A stretch of DNA of 63,645 nt, filler included, from Octopus bimaculoides (Eukaryota): the NCBI RefSeq assembly GCF_001194135.2. It is 4 parts of 4 records of this genome, joined end to end, with 100 filler letters (N's around TTAATTAATTAA, not from the genome) between each part and the next. Parts side by side here need not be neighbours in the genome. Positions count along the whole stretch, not along the records: positions 26,640 to 53,373 come from NC_068995.1; positions 53,474 to 62,449 come from NC_068992.1; positions 62,550 to 63,645 come from NC_068996.1; 1 more part is not named here. One strand, written 5' to 3'. Every line of letters starts with the position of its first letter. The first letter of the stretch is position 1. The position numbers and the translations under genes were made by a program. Of this stretch, positions 51,427 through 63,645 are shown piece by piece. Below the pieces are notes generated by a model. It saw only the letters and a program-made list of their open reading frames with translations. It did no database searches and was not told the DNA's origin.

Positions 51427-52283
51427 TGAAACTTCGGATACTGGTTGAAGGTGTCACGTAGAACACGGTTTACTCTTAACGTTTTTGACAAAATTTTGTA
51501 TTTTAGAAGTTATTTCGTGTTAAAGTTGTCGTATTTGGGTAATTTTAACCAATCAATGACGTGTATTCAGCTGAAGAAAGTTACTGCTGTTGCGAAAGTA
51601 ATGGAAGAGCAAAAACATCCAGGTCATCGGTTTTGGACGTTGCATACATATATGTATACGTACACACACACACACACACACACATACACACACACACACA
51701 CACCAATACATACACACACATGCAACTTTTAGANNNNNNNNNNNNNNNNNNNNNNNNNNNNNNNNNNNNNNNNNNNNNNNNNNNNNNNNNNNNNNNNNNN
51801 NNNNNNNNNNNNNNNNNNNNNNNNNNNNNNNNNNNNNNNNNNNNNNNNNNNNNNNNNNNNNNNNNNNNNNNNNNNNNNNNNNNNNNNNNNNNNNNNNNNN
51901 NNNNNNNNNNNNNNNNNNNNNNNNNNNNNNNNNNNNNNNNNNNNNNNNNNNNNNNNNNNNNNNNNNNNNNNNNNNNNNNNNNNNNNNNNNNNNNNNNNNN
52001 NNNNNNNNNNNNNNNNNNNNNNNNNNNNNNNNNNNNNNNNNNNNNNNNNNNNNNNNNNNNNNNNNNNNNNNNNNNNNNNNNNNNNNNNNNNNNNNNNNNN
52101 NNNNNNNNNNNNNNNNNNNNNNNNNNNNNNNNNNNNNNNNNNNNNNNNNNNNNNNNNNNNNNNNNNNNNNNNNNNNNNNNNNNNNNNNNNNNNNNNNNNN
52201 NNNNNNNNNNNNNNNNNNNNNNNNNNNNNNNNNNNNNNNNNNNNNNNNNNNNNNNNNNNNNNNNNNNNNNNNNNNNNNNNNNN

Positions 52284-52315
<32 letters not shown>

Positions 52316-52526
52316 ATGACCCGATGACCCGGAAGTCGTTGCACTTCCATTACTTTCGCAAACAGCAGTAATTTCCTTCAGCTAAATACACGTCATTGAT
52401 TGGTTAAAATTACCCAAATACGACAACTTTAACACGAAATAACTTCTAAAATACAAAATTTTGTCAAAAACGTAAAGAGTAAACCGTGTTCTACGTGTCA
52501 CATTCAACCAGTATCCGAAGTTTCAA
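51427..52526. mobile_element. Long-TIR MITE with ~200-bp inverted arms around microsatellites and a gap
   Basis: 51427-51631 is the near reverse complement of 52320-52526. Confidence 0.75.
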
Positions 52527-53013
52527 ACTGTTTTATTGGCATCTGTAATAATGATACCCAATCCTATAATTTAGGATGCATGTAGTATTAGTCTTACTGT
52601 TTATTTACCTGTTATAGTTTATTTATTTATAAACCTAGATTACTAGTTCTAACTAGTTCTGTTCAATGTTTTGTACTTATATGAATTCTTGGTAATTCAG
52701 TAGATAGATGTTGGTACCTCAGACTTAATATAATTAGCAATACCATTGCTACTCTTGGTTTGTATACTTCCCTCCTCACAAAGCTTCAAAAAATATAGCA
52801 GTAAACTCCAAAAGCTTACCACTGACCATAAAGAGATTGTCGGATATCAAATTTCTCTACTGGACGTCACTACTATTCATTCGTGGTAAGGGAGAACAAT
52901 AGATTAAGACTGATAGCTAAAAACAGGTGACCTAATTCTTACAAAGGTCACACTGACCAAACTGCATCTTCTTTCTTTCCTTTCTTTCATTTTGTTGGCA
53001 TTTGATCTGTTTC

Positions 53014-53132
53014 GGCTCTGAAGAAGATAAAATTGCCAAGGTTGTTCCCTATTTCTTCAGTCGATCAATCGATCGATTGATAAAACTGAACCATGATCGC
53101 ACCTAAATGCATCTCTGAAACAGCTGTAAGCC
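53014..53132 (+). ncRNA. Type I hammerhead motif with ~90-nt stem II hairpin
   Basis: GGCU-CUGAAGA-AGA...UCU-GAAACAGCUGUA-AGCC, with palindromic stem III ACAGCUGU. Confidence 0.6.
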
Positions 53133-53473
53133 TATAATAAATGGATAGAAGCATACAACCTGTTATTTCTGCCGATTTTATGTATCACTCTGTAAAAACA
53201 TCGCATCTTAACTAAGCAAAGCAGCCATGGGTTAACATTGGTGATGGGTTTCGACTTCGGCTTTCGTCTTTGGATTACTTCGAGTACAATACCGATCACA
53301 AGACTTTTTCGTTTACTCGGTGTATTTTTATCCTGCTTGGATTAATATCTCTTATTAATCCCTCTTTATATATNNNNNNNNNNNNNNNNNNNNNNNNNNN
53401 NNNNNNNNNNNNNNNNNTTAATTAATTAANNNNNNNNNNNNNNNNNNNNNNNNNNNNNNNNNNNNNNNNNNNN

Positions 53474-53504
<31 letters not shown>

Positions 53505-54329
53505 TGCATATATGTTATATGTATTCATACGTTACATAAGTGGCAACAAACTGTGGAAAGCGTACTCAGTACCGAGTCTTGATGATTGAAGAATGTGAAT
53601 TGTCCAGTTCTACTGGATGGAAACTCCAGGTGTTGGGGATAAGAGTCTGTAATTTCCATTATAAACGCACGCACACACACATATATGCACACGTACACGC
53701 GCACGCACAGCCAACGCACGCTCGCTAGTAGTAACGAGCTGCAGATAAGAGTATAATAATTTGTTCCGGTCGAGCAAGTTGATTATTACTCAGAAGATTC
53801 CTGTACGTCCCATAGGTTCATCAGAAACAATAAACTGGAAGAAGCTGGATCTAGTTTATTCTGTGCAATGAACCGGCGGGAATCCGAGAAACTCCAGACT
53901 AACAGTCAATCGCATTAGTCGAAATAGCAACAACAATAACAACAACAATGACGACGACAATGATAAACTCCTTAAATCGTTACTTTAATTTCTCGTTGCC
54001 AGTTATTCAAACGAAAATGGGGACCAATATGACAAGGAAAAAAAATATTCATAAACACCTCAAAATACGATCAAGCTTAGTGAACAAGATTAGAAAATGA
54101 TTTTCAACTACTTAATTGTTATTCATCTATTTAATTTTTATAAACAAAACTCATGATCTATTTATGTATTCACATGCAAAAGCATGCGATATTTTCATGT
54201 TTGAACTATCACATGTACAAAACACAGAAGAAAGCAAGATGGTTATTTTTAATACAGTTGTAGTGTTGACGAAAAATTGAATGTTTTTTTGTTTCAAATA
54301 GATGACCAACAGACAGTAATGCGATTTGC

Positions 54330-55040
54330 AAATTGAAAGGGTTCTCCATTTTGGACTTTGGAAGAAATTCTGCTATGCAGAGTTCGGTCTTTATCGTGAT
54401 GATGGACTATTCGTTTTGGGACTTATAAATGGTCACACAATGGATGGTATAAATGAGTTCATTAGCATATTCAAATTGTTAGATTTACAGTTTAAAGCAG
54501 CGTTAATTTTCTATAAATTTAAATAGTGGTAAATATTGCTCTTATAGTAAACTTGATGAGAAATTGCTATATATTAATACATATTTCAACAACGCCTCAA
54601 TAATTTTTAGACATTTAATTAATATTAGTAAACGTTTGTATAATTTATCCTTTGGTGAGGGATCCTTTCAATTACCTGCTCATTATTACCATGACATATT
54701 AAAGACAATCAATTCAAAGACGTAATGCAGTATTTACATAAGAGACTAACATTAAAAAATGCAAAAATAAGAAACTGTGTATTATATGGTACAATCCTCC
54801 ATGTAATTTGAATATCTGTTGCAATGTTGACAGGATTTTCCAAAACTTTATAAATAAGCTTTTCCTGTAGAATATCGATATCATAAAAAGTGTTTATGCT
54901 ACATTAGCACCCAAAATTTCGCTGCCTGTACAAATAGAATAAAACTATGCAATACGAACACGGAAACTTATTCTCTGCTATGTAATTTTAACAACCCTAC
55001 GTGTCAGTTTATGAATCTAAGGTGTAGGTTTGTCTTGCAA
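54330..55040 (+). mobile_element. Degenerate Penelope-like RT fragment (YRDDG type)
   Basis: GLYRDDGL at 54386; NLNSGKY...YINT...ISKRLYNLS from 54516; IIWYNPP at 54781; CNFNNPTC near 54980. Frameshifted. Confidence 0.8.
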
Positions 55041-57899
55041 ACAACAGTGAAGCAAAAAACTCCATAAAGCTTGCTGAAAGTTCCTTTAAAAAGATTCTCG
55101 CAAAATTGGTATACATTCTGTCACTTAGAAAGACGCATAACCATCTCATTATTTAAATGTAACTGGAGTTTTAAGGATCGTAAAAGTAACAATTATCAAA
55201 CCGTTTGTTCTTTTCTGGAATCCATGTCCTCATACATTAGCTCTTCTAGATGACGTGATCATTATCTCTCGGAGGCGTATATAACATATTTTGACAATCC
55301 TTTGCAATTTTGGCCATAATTACGAAATTGGTGAATTCTTACAGACACTTTCATCGATATTTTGTTTTGAGGAATATCCAAATGAAACTGGTTAAAATAG
55401 TTTGTTTCTCAAATAATAAATTCACAATAATTTGAATGCTGGTCGTATATTAAACAAAATTTACTTATAGATAATGCTATCATTTCATTAACAATAACCA
55501 TCTTCCTCACTTCTGTGTGTTTTACATATGTGATATTTCCATGGAATCAGGAAAATATCGGATGCTTTTGAATGAAAATTTATGATTATCTTTCGTGTTC
55601 TCCATTTTACAATTAATCAGCTAGATGTATGACACATTTAAAAAAAAATTTTTTTTTTTTGAGAACCAATTAAATCTCGATGGCTAATCGTATTTCAATG
55701 TGTTTATGAATATTTTTCCTTATATATTATCACGCTACTTATATTCTTTACTAGTTTGAATAATCCGTAACAGGAAACTCAAAATAAAGATTGAGGAAGC
55801 ATCAGCTTATAAAATGTATAAACTCTATGATATAATCTGATGTCTTGAGCCCCTTTTTCTTTGAACACAAATTTTCACCAATCCATATATACGTACGTTC
55901 GTACATACAAACAAAAATATCCTGTTGTTGATGTTGAAATTCCAATGAAGGGACCTTGGATCTAGGTTAGAAACCGATTCTTTCTCTATTGGCAAGAAAT
56001 CTTGAAATAAACCGAATAATGACACACACACTCACACATATATATGAGAGTAAGAATGTAAGGTAAATTTTGTGTGTATAAACACAAACTTTAACCTAGG
56101 TGTGAACGTAAATGAAGTGGTTAAACTACAATTATTTTTTAGTAGATTAATCACATTTGTAAGGTTTACCACCCACTCTTACTTATCTGAAAATCGTCTT
56201 TATAGTTCTTCCATGATAGGTGCACACACACACACACACACACACACACNNNNNNNNNNNNNNNNNNNNNNNNNNNNNNNNNNNNNNNNNTATATATATA
56301 TATATATATATGCATACGCACACACCCACATATTTAAACTATACAAAAGTACTGAGTTGATAGTGCACTGTGTTGCCACTGTTGTAATGTGATAAAATTG
56401 ATGAGTTTCTAATAAGATTACAGAGCTGGAGTTCAACTCCTTTTCTTGGTATTATCAGGACTGAAAATCAAGTTGATTATATACACAATGTGATGATGCA
56501 GTTTTAGTGTGTTATGAGACTTAAAAATAAAGACATGATAAATACTAATTCATGCGCTATTTCTGTGATGCCTCACCGGCGAATTAACATAAACACTATT
56601 TTTTTAAAAAGATGAAATTTTTAAAGATAGATAAAAATGTTTTCTTTCTTTTTATCTTCCTTATGTACTTTCAAAATTAAAAAAAATTATATGAATCTCA
56701 AATTTTCTCAGGAATTGATTCTCCAGTCTGCAACCCATTTAACTAATAACATGAAAGATGAATCTCCTATTTAACAGCTGCAACCTAGAAATTCCAGGTT
56801 CTTAATCAGCCCCTTTTAGCACACAGAATAAGATGTCATTCTCCCCATGAAATCCAGTGCCATACATTTTGCCTTGGACTTGAACCTGCAACCCAAGGGT
56901 TGGCAATGCAACCTTTACCCATTTAGCCATTTCACTGCCATTTAAACGCCAATTCATGTCCCTACACTTATCTCTGTTTTTATGATGGTAATGTTCCAGC
57001 ATGGTTATTATTATTATTATTAATATCACAATGATTTAAAGCGAATAAAGGTCAATATGATAAAAAGAAAAAGTTATACAGAGTTCTGTATAAGAGATCA
57101 AATGCTTTCGCTACAACCAAAATTCTCTTGGAATTCAAATAACAAAAGAACTTCACCGCTGACCATTTTACAAATTACTCCACCCACCAGTTCTTCAAAC
57201 ATCGGACATGTCCACTTTTGTTCATTGGCTAACTTCAAAGCTGCTGAAGTACAGGCCTCTGAAACGTAATAATTCATATATAACATGACTTCTCATAAAA
57301 CTATCACAAGATCAAGGATATTTTCTTACATCCTCTTTTCTGCCCTCATCAAAATACTGTTAATACAGGATTAATCCATCACTCCAGCAGTTGGTACAAC
57401 AAGTGAGTTGTTATTATATATATTTGTGTAAAAGAAAACAAATTTTGCTGAATTTGTTTTTCCTCAAAAAAAAAAATAAATAAAAAAAAAAATAAACACA
57501 CATATATGTATGGTAATGAGGAATTTTAAAGAATGATAGAATAATTTAAAGAAATGACAAAATGAATGTGTTCTTTTTAGCCACAATAGTTTTTTAAGTC
57601 CAGTTCTGATATTTGCTTTTGTTGATTTATATATNNNNNNNNNNNNNNNNNNNNNNNNNNNNNNNNNNNNNNNNNNNNNNNNNNNNNNNNNNNNNNNNNN
57701 NNNNNNNNNNNNNNNNNNNNNNNNNNNNNNNNNNNNNNNNNNNNNNNNNNNNNNNNNNNNNNNNNNNNNNNNNNNNNNNNNNNNNNNNNNNNNNNNNNNN
57801 NNNNNNNNNNNNNNNNNNNNNNNNNNNNNNNNNNNNNNNNNNNNNNNNNNNNNNNNNNNNNNNNNNNNNNNNNNNNNNNNNNNNNNNNNNNNNNNNNNN

Positions 57900-57949
<50 letters not shown>

Positions 57950-58315
57950 GTGTATGAATACTGAAATAGTTTCTAAAATTAAAATAATGTATTCTTTTAT
58001 TCTCCAATATATGATTTGTAATTTTAAATAATTTATGCATATAATTTTGGTAATGTGGTGCTTATGTTTGGAAAGCTACCAAATACTGGGTGTCTTAACA
58101 ATCTTGTAAGTTTATAGCAATGCATTTATGTACATGTCATAACCTATGTTTTATTATTCTAGTCATTTTGTAGAGAGGTATAACACACGCGCATACATAC
58201 ACACACACACATAGACATGCTCACACATAAGTTAGATAAGAGAGGAGGGGAGATGAGAACGTATTGATTATTGGTCAATCTCTTCACAAGATATTAACAT
58301 GGAAATGAAGTGAGA

Positions 58316-59353
58316 TTAAAGCATTTCAGATTCTCCAGTTGCCATAGGAGGTAAAGTTCCCATAATGCCGGGCGTCGATCTTGTGGAAGAAGTTGGGGAA
58401 GGAGGTAGTGAAGAGGTGGTATGTTCACAAGGGTTTTCGTCTTCAGTGTCTATCTGGGGTTGGTTTTCGGTGTTAATTTTTGCTGCTGGTGAAACATTGC
58501 AGCTAATGAAGTCGTTCGTTGGATGTGTGTAGTTACCCTCAATATCCATTACAACACAAGAGTCTGAGTTCTCTTTCCGGCTGTCTTGTTCAGAAGAGAT
58601 AATCATATTACAAGGCAGGTCATTGAAGTTATCTGTCGGATTGTTATTGTCCGTACACAAATCTTCATTGTCTGCGAGATTGTCAATGAAGATCTCGGTG
58701 TCAGTCACTATTGTTTGGTCGATGTTACTGTCCAACAGAGACGGGTGCAAATTTATGATCTCCTGTTCGTTATCGAGAACGTTATCATCAATGTTGTCTC
58801 TGAAAGCAGGTGAAACACTGCTTGACCCATCATTCGTCTTTCCTGGTAGAATAGGCTGATAGAGAACATGTGGACCTTTTTCTGAAGAAGGTGAGCTTAT
58901 AGAACTGCTACTTGCATACTCCCCACTTGGCCCTTGATAAGGGGATACATACTCTAACTGACCAGTGCCATAAGAGTAGAACTTATTACTAGAAGATAGG
59001 CTTGAGTCAGACTGGGTGAGTCCAGCAGTTACTGAACCCAGAGTAGAGTCTTCGACTGCTTGTTCTAACCAGGCTATATCCGGTGATGCAATATTGGCAT
59101 TTGATACTGGAATTTGGTTTAGGCTTGTAGCATCTTCAGAAGCCATCTCAGCTAGGTCCTCATTGACATTTTCTTCTGTAGTATTGGCATTATTATTATT
59201 GGGGAAATTCTCAAATGCTAACGAGTTTCCAAACTGCACAGGTGCAACGTTGCTCTCTTTACTGTCGTTATCCTTAGAATTTGCCACTTCTGATGCTAGA
59301 AGAGGCTTTGATTCACTTTCTCCTTCGTCTTCAGCTTCATCAGTTTCATAACC
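58316..59353 (-). CDS. Large acidic Ser/Asn/Asp-rich, probably terminal exon of an unidentified gene
   Basis: Acceptor TATTTCAG at 59354-59355 opens 345 codons (GYETDEAEDEGESESKPLL...ESEML*). No good internal GT donor seen; low-complexity, likely disordered. Confidence 0.75.
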   Translation of the reverse strand, partial: GYETDEAEDEGESESKPLLASEVANSKDNDSKESNVAPVQFGNSLAFENFPNNNNANTTEENVNEDLAEMASEDATSLNQIPVSNANIASPDIAWLEQAVEDSTLGSVTAGLTQSDSSLSSSNKFYSYGTGQLEYVSPYQGPSGEYASSSSISSPSSEKGPHVLYQPILPGKTNDGSSSVSPAFRDNIDDNVLDNEQEIINLHPSLLDSNIDQTIVTDTEIFIDNLADNEDLCTDNNNPTDNFNDLPCNMIISSEQDSRKENSDSCVVMDIEGNYTHPTNDFISCNVSPAAKINTENQPQIDTEDENPCEHTTSSLPPSPTSSTRSTPGIMGTLPPMATGESEML

Positions 59354-59819
59354 CTGAAATATAAGAGTAAAACAGAAATAAAATCAACATGTTAAAAAAT
59401 AAGTTACAAAATGTTATGAAATATAATCTGAAAGGTCAATATTTTATCTCAATACTGCACTTAGTCCAGGGAGGGGGTGTGAAAGACTGAACTTTCATGG
59501 GTTCCGGCAACAATTGACCCTGCAATAGTTCAGTCCTGTGAATAAGTACTCCATAGTTAGAAGCAATGTATAACTGATGCTACTTTGAAATATCACATAC
59601 AAGTCCTTATATGGACATGGAATGGGAAAGGAGCTAGAAATCACTTCAGTATGTTTAGCATCCAAGACCTACTGAAGTCAGTTGGTTCAGATAACCAGGT
59701 GTCTAGCCACCTTGAAGTACTCTTAGAAGTATGAAGTGTTTACAAGAAAAAGGAAGAAAAACTCTTCTACAAAACCTTAATGTATAAGTATGAATTTTGG
59801 AATCTCGCCAACTTCATGT

Positions 59820-60075
59820 TAAAAGGTAAAAGGCAAAGGTTACCTTATTGAGTCCTGCCAACTCATAAAGGCCGGTTTCCTGGTGTATAAATTCCCCACG
59901 TGGATGGGACACTGGTCCATTGCAGGAATATTCATTTTCGCCAGCTGAGTGGACTGGATCAATGTGAAATGAAGTGTTTTGCTCAAGGACACAACATGTT
60001 GCCTGGTCCAGGAATTGAAACTACAATCTTACAATCTTGAGTCCAACACCCTAACCACTAAGCCACGCACCTCCA
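59820..60075 (-). mobile_element. tRNA-derived SINE family 3 (representative copy)
   Basis: Minus strand: GTGGCTTAGTGGTTAGG...TCAATTCC...CCTTGAGCAA, with CCTTT-repeat tail. Other copies at ~1880-2010, 5170-5385 and 24420-24600. Confidence 0.7.
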
Positions 60076-60494
60076 CTTCATGTTGACATAAAGAGAGGTT
60101 AAACTGGATGCTTTATAGATTTTAAACACCACAAATTTAGTTATATTAAGATACATAAAAAGTGAATTATCGATCATTATATTATTTTATTCTGTCAGAA
60201 ATTTGGCATTTCTTTTTAGACAAGAATAATTGATATCTTTTCGAAATGGGATCCAGTTATATAAAAGATCTAATTAAAAAAAATTGTTCTTACATCTCAT
60301 ATAAATAAAGCGGGGGGAAAATGGAAAAAAGAAAAATAGGGATGAATAAATAAAAGATGTGAAATGAATACAAGAATGTAAAAATAGAATAAAAATTTTT
60401 CAATTATTCCCTCAGAAACCTCAAGAGACAAGCTAGAAGTTAATGTTAGTGTTATGCCTAGGGTGTCCTAGTAGTAGTAGTAGTAGTAGTAGCA

Positions 60495-61818
60495 GTGAAG
60501 GTAGCAAGCTGGCAGAATTGTTACTGCACCGGGCAAAATGCTTAGTGGCATTTCGTCTGTCTTTACATTCTGGGTTCAAATGCCACCAAGGTTGACTTTA
60601 CCTTTCGACTTTTCAAAATTTATAAATTAAGTAACACTGGGATCAATGAAATCAACTAGTCCTGTCCCCTAATATTTCAGACCTTTTTTTGTAGAAAGGA
60701 TTATTATTATTATTAGTACTAGTAGAAGCAAAGTAATAAATTAGGAATGTCAATAGAGTTTGGCCATTTAAGATCAAGGTTTGTTGATTGTAACANNNNN
60801 NNNNNNNNNNNNNNNNNNNNNNNNNNNNNNNNNNNNNNNNNNNNNNNNNNNNNNNNNNNNNNNNNNNNNGTTAGGGCAGCAGACTTGCGATCATAGGATC
60901 GCGGTTTCGATTCTAAGACCGGCCGTTGTGAGTGTTTATTGAGCGAAAACACCTAAAGCTCCACGAGGCTCCGGCAGGGGATGGTGGCGAACCCTGCTGT
61001 ACTCTTTCACCACAACTTTCTCTCACTCTTACTTCCTGTTTCTGCTGTGCCTGTAATTCAAAGGGTCAGCCTTGTCACACTGTGTCACGCTGAATGAACC
61101 CGAGAACTACGTTAAGGGTACACGTGTCAGTGGAGTGCTCAGCCACTTGCACGTTAATTTCACGAGCAGGCTGTTCCCTTGATCAGATCAACTGGAACCC
61201 TCAATGTTGTAAGCGACGGAGTGCCAACAACAGTCAATTGGCAGAGAGTTCGATTGAATTTGTTGTGATACTTGCTCCAGCTGTCTGTCAGTCTGAGTTC
61301 AAATCCTATCAAGACCAGCTTTGCCTTTCAACCCTTCTAGGTTGATAAATAATGTACCAGTCCAGTCCATTCCAGTCCAGTGCTGATGCCTCCCTCTTTC
61401 ACCCTGGCTGTCAAATCCTGGATGTTAAACTGAGTCTGGGGTTGGGAGGGTTTTAAGCAACGTTGGGTCTACTTGCAACTGCAAGAGCACCTAAAGCCAT
61501 TAACCCTTCACAATAGCCTGGCTTTTATTATTAATTGTTATACAATGTAGTATATGGTGGTGAGCTGGCAGAATCGTTAGCAGCATTTTGTCCATCCTTA
61601 CGTTCTGAGTTCAAATTCTGCTGAGGTTGACTTTGTCTTTCATCCTTTCAGGGTTGATAAATTAAGTACCAGTGAAACACTGGGGTCAATGTAATCGACT
61701 AGTCACCTCCTCCAAAATTTCAAGCCTTGTGCCTTTAGTAGAAAGGATTGCCATCAAATTTGAATTCTTTGCAATCAAATTTGAAGGCAAAGAATCCAAA
61801 CTAGATCGGAAACATCTA

Positions 61819-61860
<42 letters not shown>

Positions 61861-62190
61861 CATTATTATTAAGGTGGAAACCTGGCAGAATTGTTAGCAT
61901 GATGGGCAAAATGCTTAGCAGTATTTCATCTTCTCCACGTGCTGAGTTCAAATTCTGTTGAGGTCGACTTTGCCCTTTGTCCTTTTGGGGTCAATTAATT
62001 AAGTACCAGTAAAACACAGGTGTCGATGTAATTGACTAACCTTCTCCCCACAAATTTAAGGCCTTTGATAGAAAGGACTATTTAATGTGGTGATCTGGCA
62101 GAATCATTAGCACACCGCACAAAATACTTAGCAGCCTTTTGTCTGTCTTTACATTCTGAGTTCAAATTCCACTGAGGTCGACTATGCCTT
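60495..62190 (+). mobile_element. Cluster of about five same-strand SINE family 2 copies plus a different tRNA-SINE (60869-61235)
   Basis: Repeated heads at ~60495, 61240, 61555, 61870 and 62085; those at ~60495 and ~61870 directly follow (AGT)n/(ATT)n tracts. Confidence 0.75.
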
Positions 62191-62786
62191 TCATCTGCTT
62201 ATCTTTCCATATGTATGTGTGTTTGTGTGTGTGAAAACGTAAATTAACAGTCATCAGAAATGGTTGTATGGAAGTAGCTTGGGCCATTTTTTAGTGGAAT
62301 TATATTTGTAAAAGCTATTAGCAAGACGTTTGTTTGAATTGTCCTTTAGACAATCCTTATATATAACTTCATCATCATCATCGTCGTCGTTTAACGTCCG
62401 CTTTCCATGCTAGCATGGGTTGGACGGTTTGACTGAGGACTGGTGAAACNNNNNNNNNNNNNNNNNNNNNNNNNNNNNNNNNNNNNNNNNNNNTTAATTA
62501 ATTAANNNNNNNNNNNNNNNNNNNNNNNNNNNNNNNNNNNNNNNNNNNNGTGTCTCAGATGCTCTTTGGATACTTCCATGTTAGGAAGGGTTTTAATCAA
62601 AGAAATTTTAATTCTATTACTCTGTAAAATAATATTTAATTAGTTTAAATGTACAGAAATGCATAAAAATAATTTTTAATTCCATTAGACATTCTAAAAT
62701 ACTATTAAATTTCATTCAATTTAAAAAAAGTAAAATCGGACAGAACTTATTGGATGAACTGACATATTGTTAAATACATATACTAA

Positions 62787-63262
62787 CATATATGCTTTGT
62801 GTATTTTCCAGCGGCTGCAATTGCCTAGCGGAGTAGATGACTTTCACGTCACTGATGTTAAAACACCTTAGAGCTGTGGACAGGGAAGATAACTCACTCT
62901 CAATCCCATTTGGGAGTGTTGGACATCGATATTTCACCATTTTCGTGGCTTATCAACACCACCTACTTGCCTAGGTTGAAAGCGAGTCAGCTAGCCACTC
63001 TAACGACTTTACATGGCTTGTGAAATCATGAGCTGGTATGCTTGGAAATTGTATACTTAAGAGAAAATTTACATATGCAGTAAAAGTAGCTCTAGGATAT
63101 AACTCTCATGCTGCTTGTGTTAAAACACTTTAGAATCATGGAGAGGCGAGATCAAGGGTAAGTTATCTTGCCTGTCCATGGCTCTAAGCTGTTTTAACAC
63201 CCGCGACATAACAGTTATATACTCATTGCAGCTGCTGGAAAATACACAAAGCATATACATTA
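62787..63262. mobile_element. MITE with ~110-bp imperfect TIRs
   Basis: TATATGCTTTGTGTATTTTCCAGC.GCTGCAAT...GGACAGG.AAGATAACT at ~62787-62900 is mirrored at ~63150-63262. Confidence 0.7.
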
Positions 63263-63319
63263 TTATTATATGTATTTAATAATATTTATTATACTAGACC
63301 TGCTTTTACTTCACATATC

Positions 63320-63362
<43 letters not shown>

Positions 63363-63371
63363 TCGATAGCT

Positions 63372-63645
63372 TCCGCTATCTGGGCGACCAAGTTAGTAGT
63401 GGGGGTGGGTGCGCTGAAAGTGTAGCTGCTAGAATAAGAATAGCCTGGGCAAAGTTTAGAGAGCTCTTACCCTTGCTGGCGACAAAGGGACTCTCACTCA
63501 GAGTAAAAGGCAGACTGTATGACGCATGCGTACGAACAACCATGCTACATGGCAGTGAAACATGGGCTGTAACTGCTGAGGACATATGTAAGCTCGCAAG
63601 GAATGAAGCCAGTATGCTCCGTTGGATGTGTAATGTCAATGTGAA
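63372..63645 (+). mobile_element. RTE LINE RT C-terminal fragment (runs off window)
   Basis: FRYLGDQVSSGGGCAESVAARIRIAWAKFRELLPLL...MLHGSETW. Confidence 0.9.

Noticed and set aside
53240-53280. Minus-strand GAC...GUC-GAAAC resembling half a hammerhead
   Set aside because: The upstream core reads CCAAAGA, not CUGANGA, and no stem I was found.
57180-57402. Candidate small exons (minus ACTSAALKLANEQKWTCPMFEEL and YFDEGRKED; plus 57370-57402)
   Set aside because: Splice phases are incompatible with each other, there is no donor from the 58316 exon, and I recognise no homology.
60869-60930. tRNA-like sequences at repeat heads
   Set aside because: They lack complete acceptor stems and run into SINE bodies, so they are not tRNA genes.

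Overview
AT-rich, microsatellite- and SINE-dense animal genomic DNA with many N gaps. The gene and repeat content fits an octopus (coleoid cephalopod) scaffold; the species is inferred, not proven. The left half holds a C2H2 zinc-finger cluster: three intact paralogues with the whole ORF in one exon (16, 20 and 9 fingers) and the 3' relic of a fourth. They share a spliced ~320-380 nt leader, a 33-aa N-terminal CX5C motif and a 3' UTR built from decayed fingers. The right half holds four coding exons of the ER SNARE gene USE1 (minus strand, not evident from the ORF track) and a large orphan acidic exon. Mobile DNA includes several RTE LINE pieces with a PHD finger inside the RT, two Penelope-like elements, mariner/Tc1, hAT and piggyBac remnants, MITEs and several tRNA-derived SINE families. 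The most striking unannotated signal is a set of seven type-I hammerhead ribozyme motifs of several designs. One is well formed and lies downstream of a ZNF gene; two have very long stem II hairpins and sit next to Penelope-like ORF remnants. Three TTAATTAATTAA islands inside N runs are assembly linkers.
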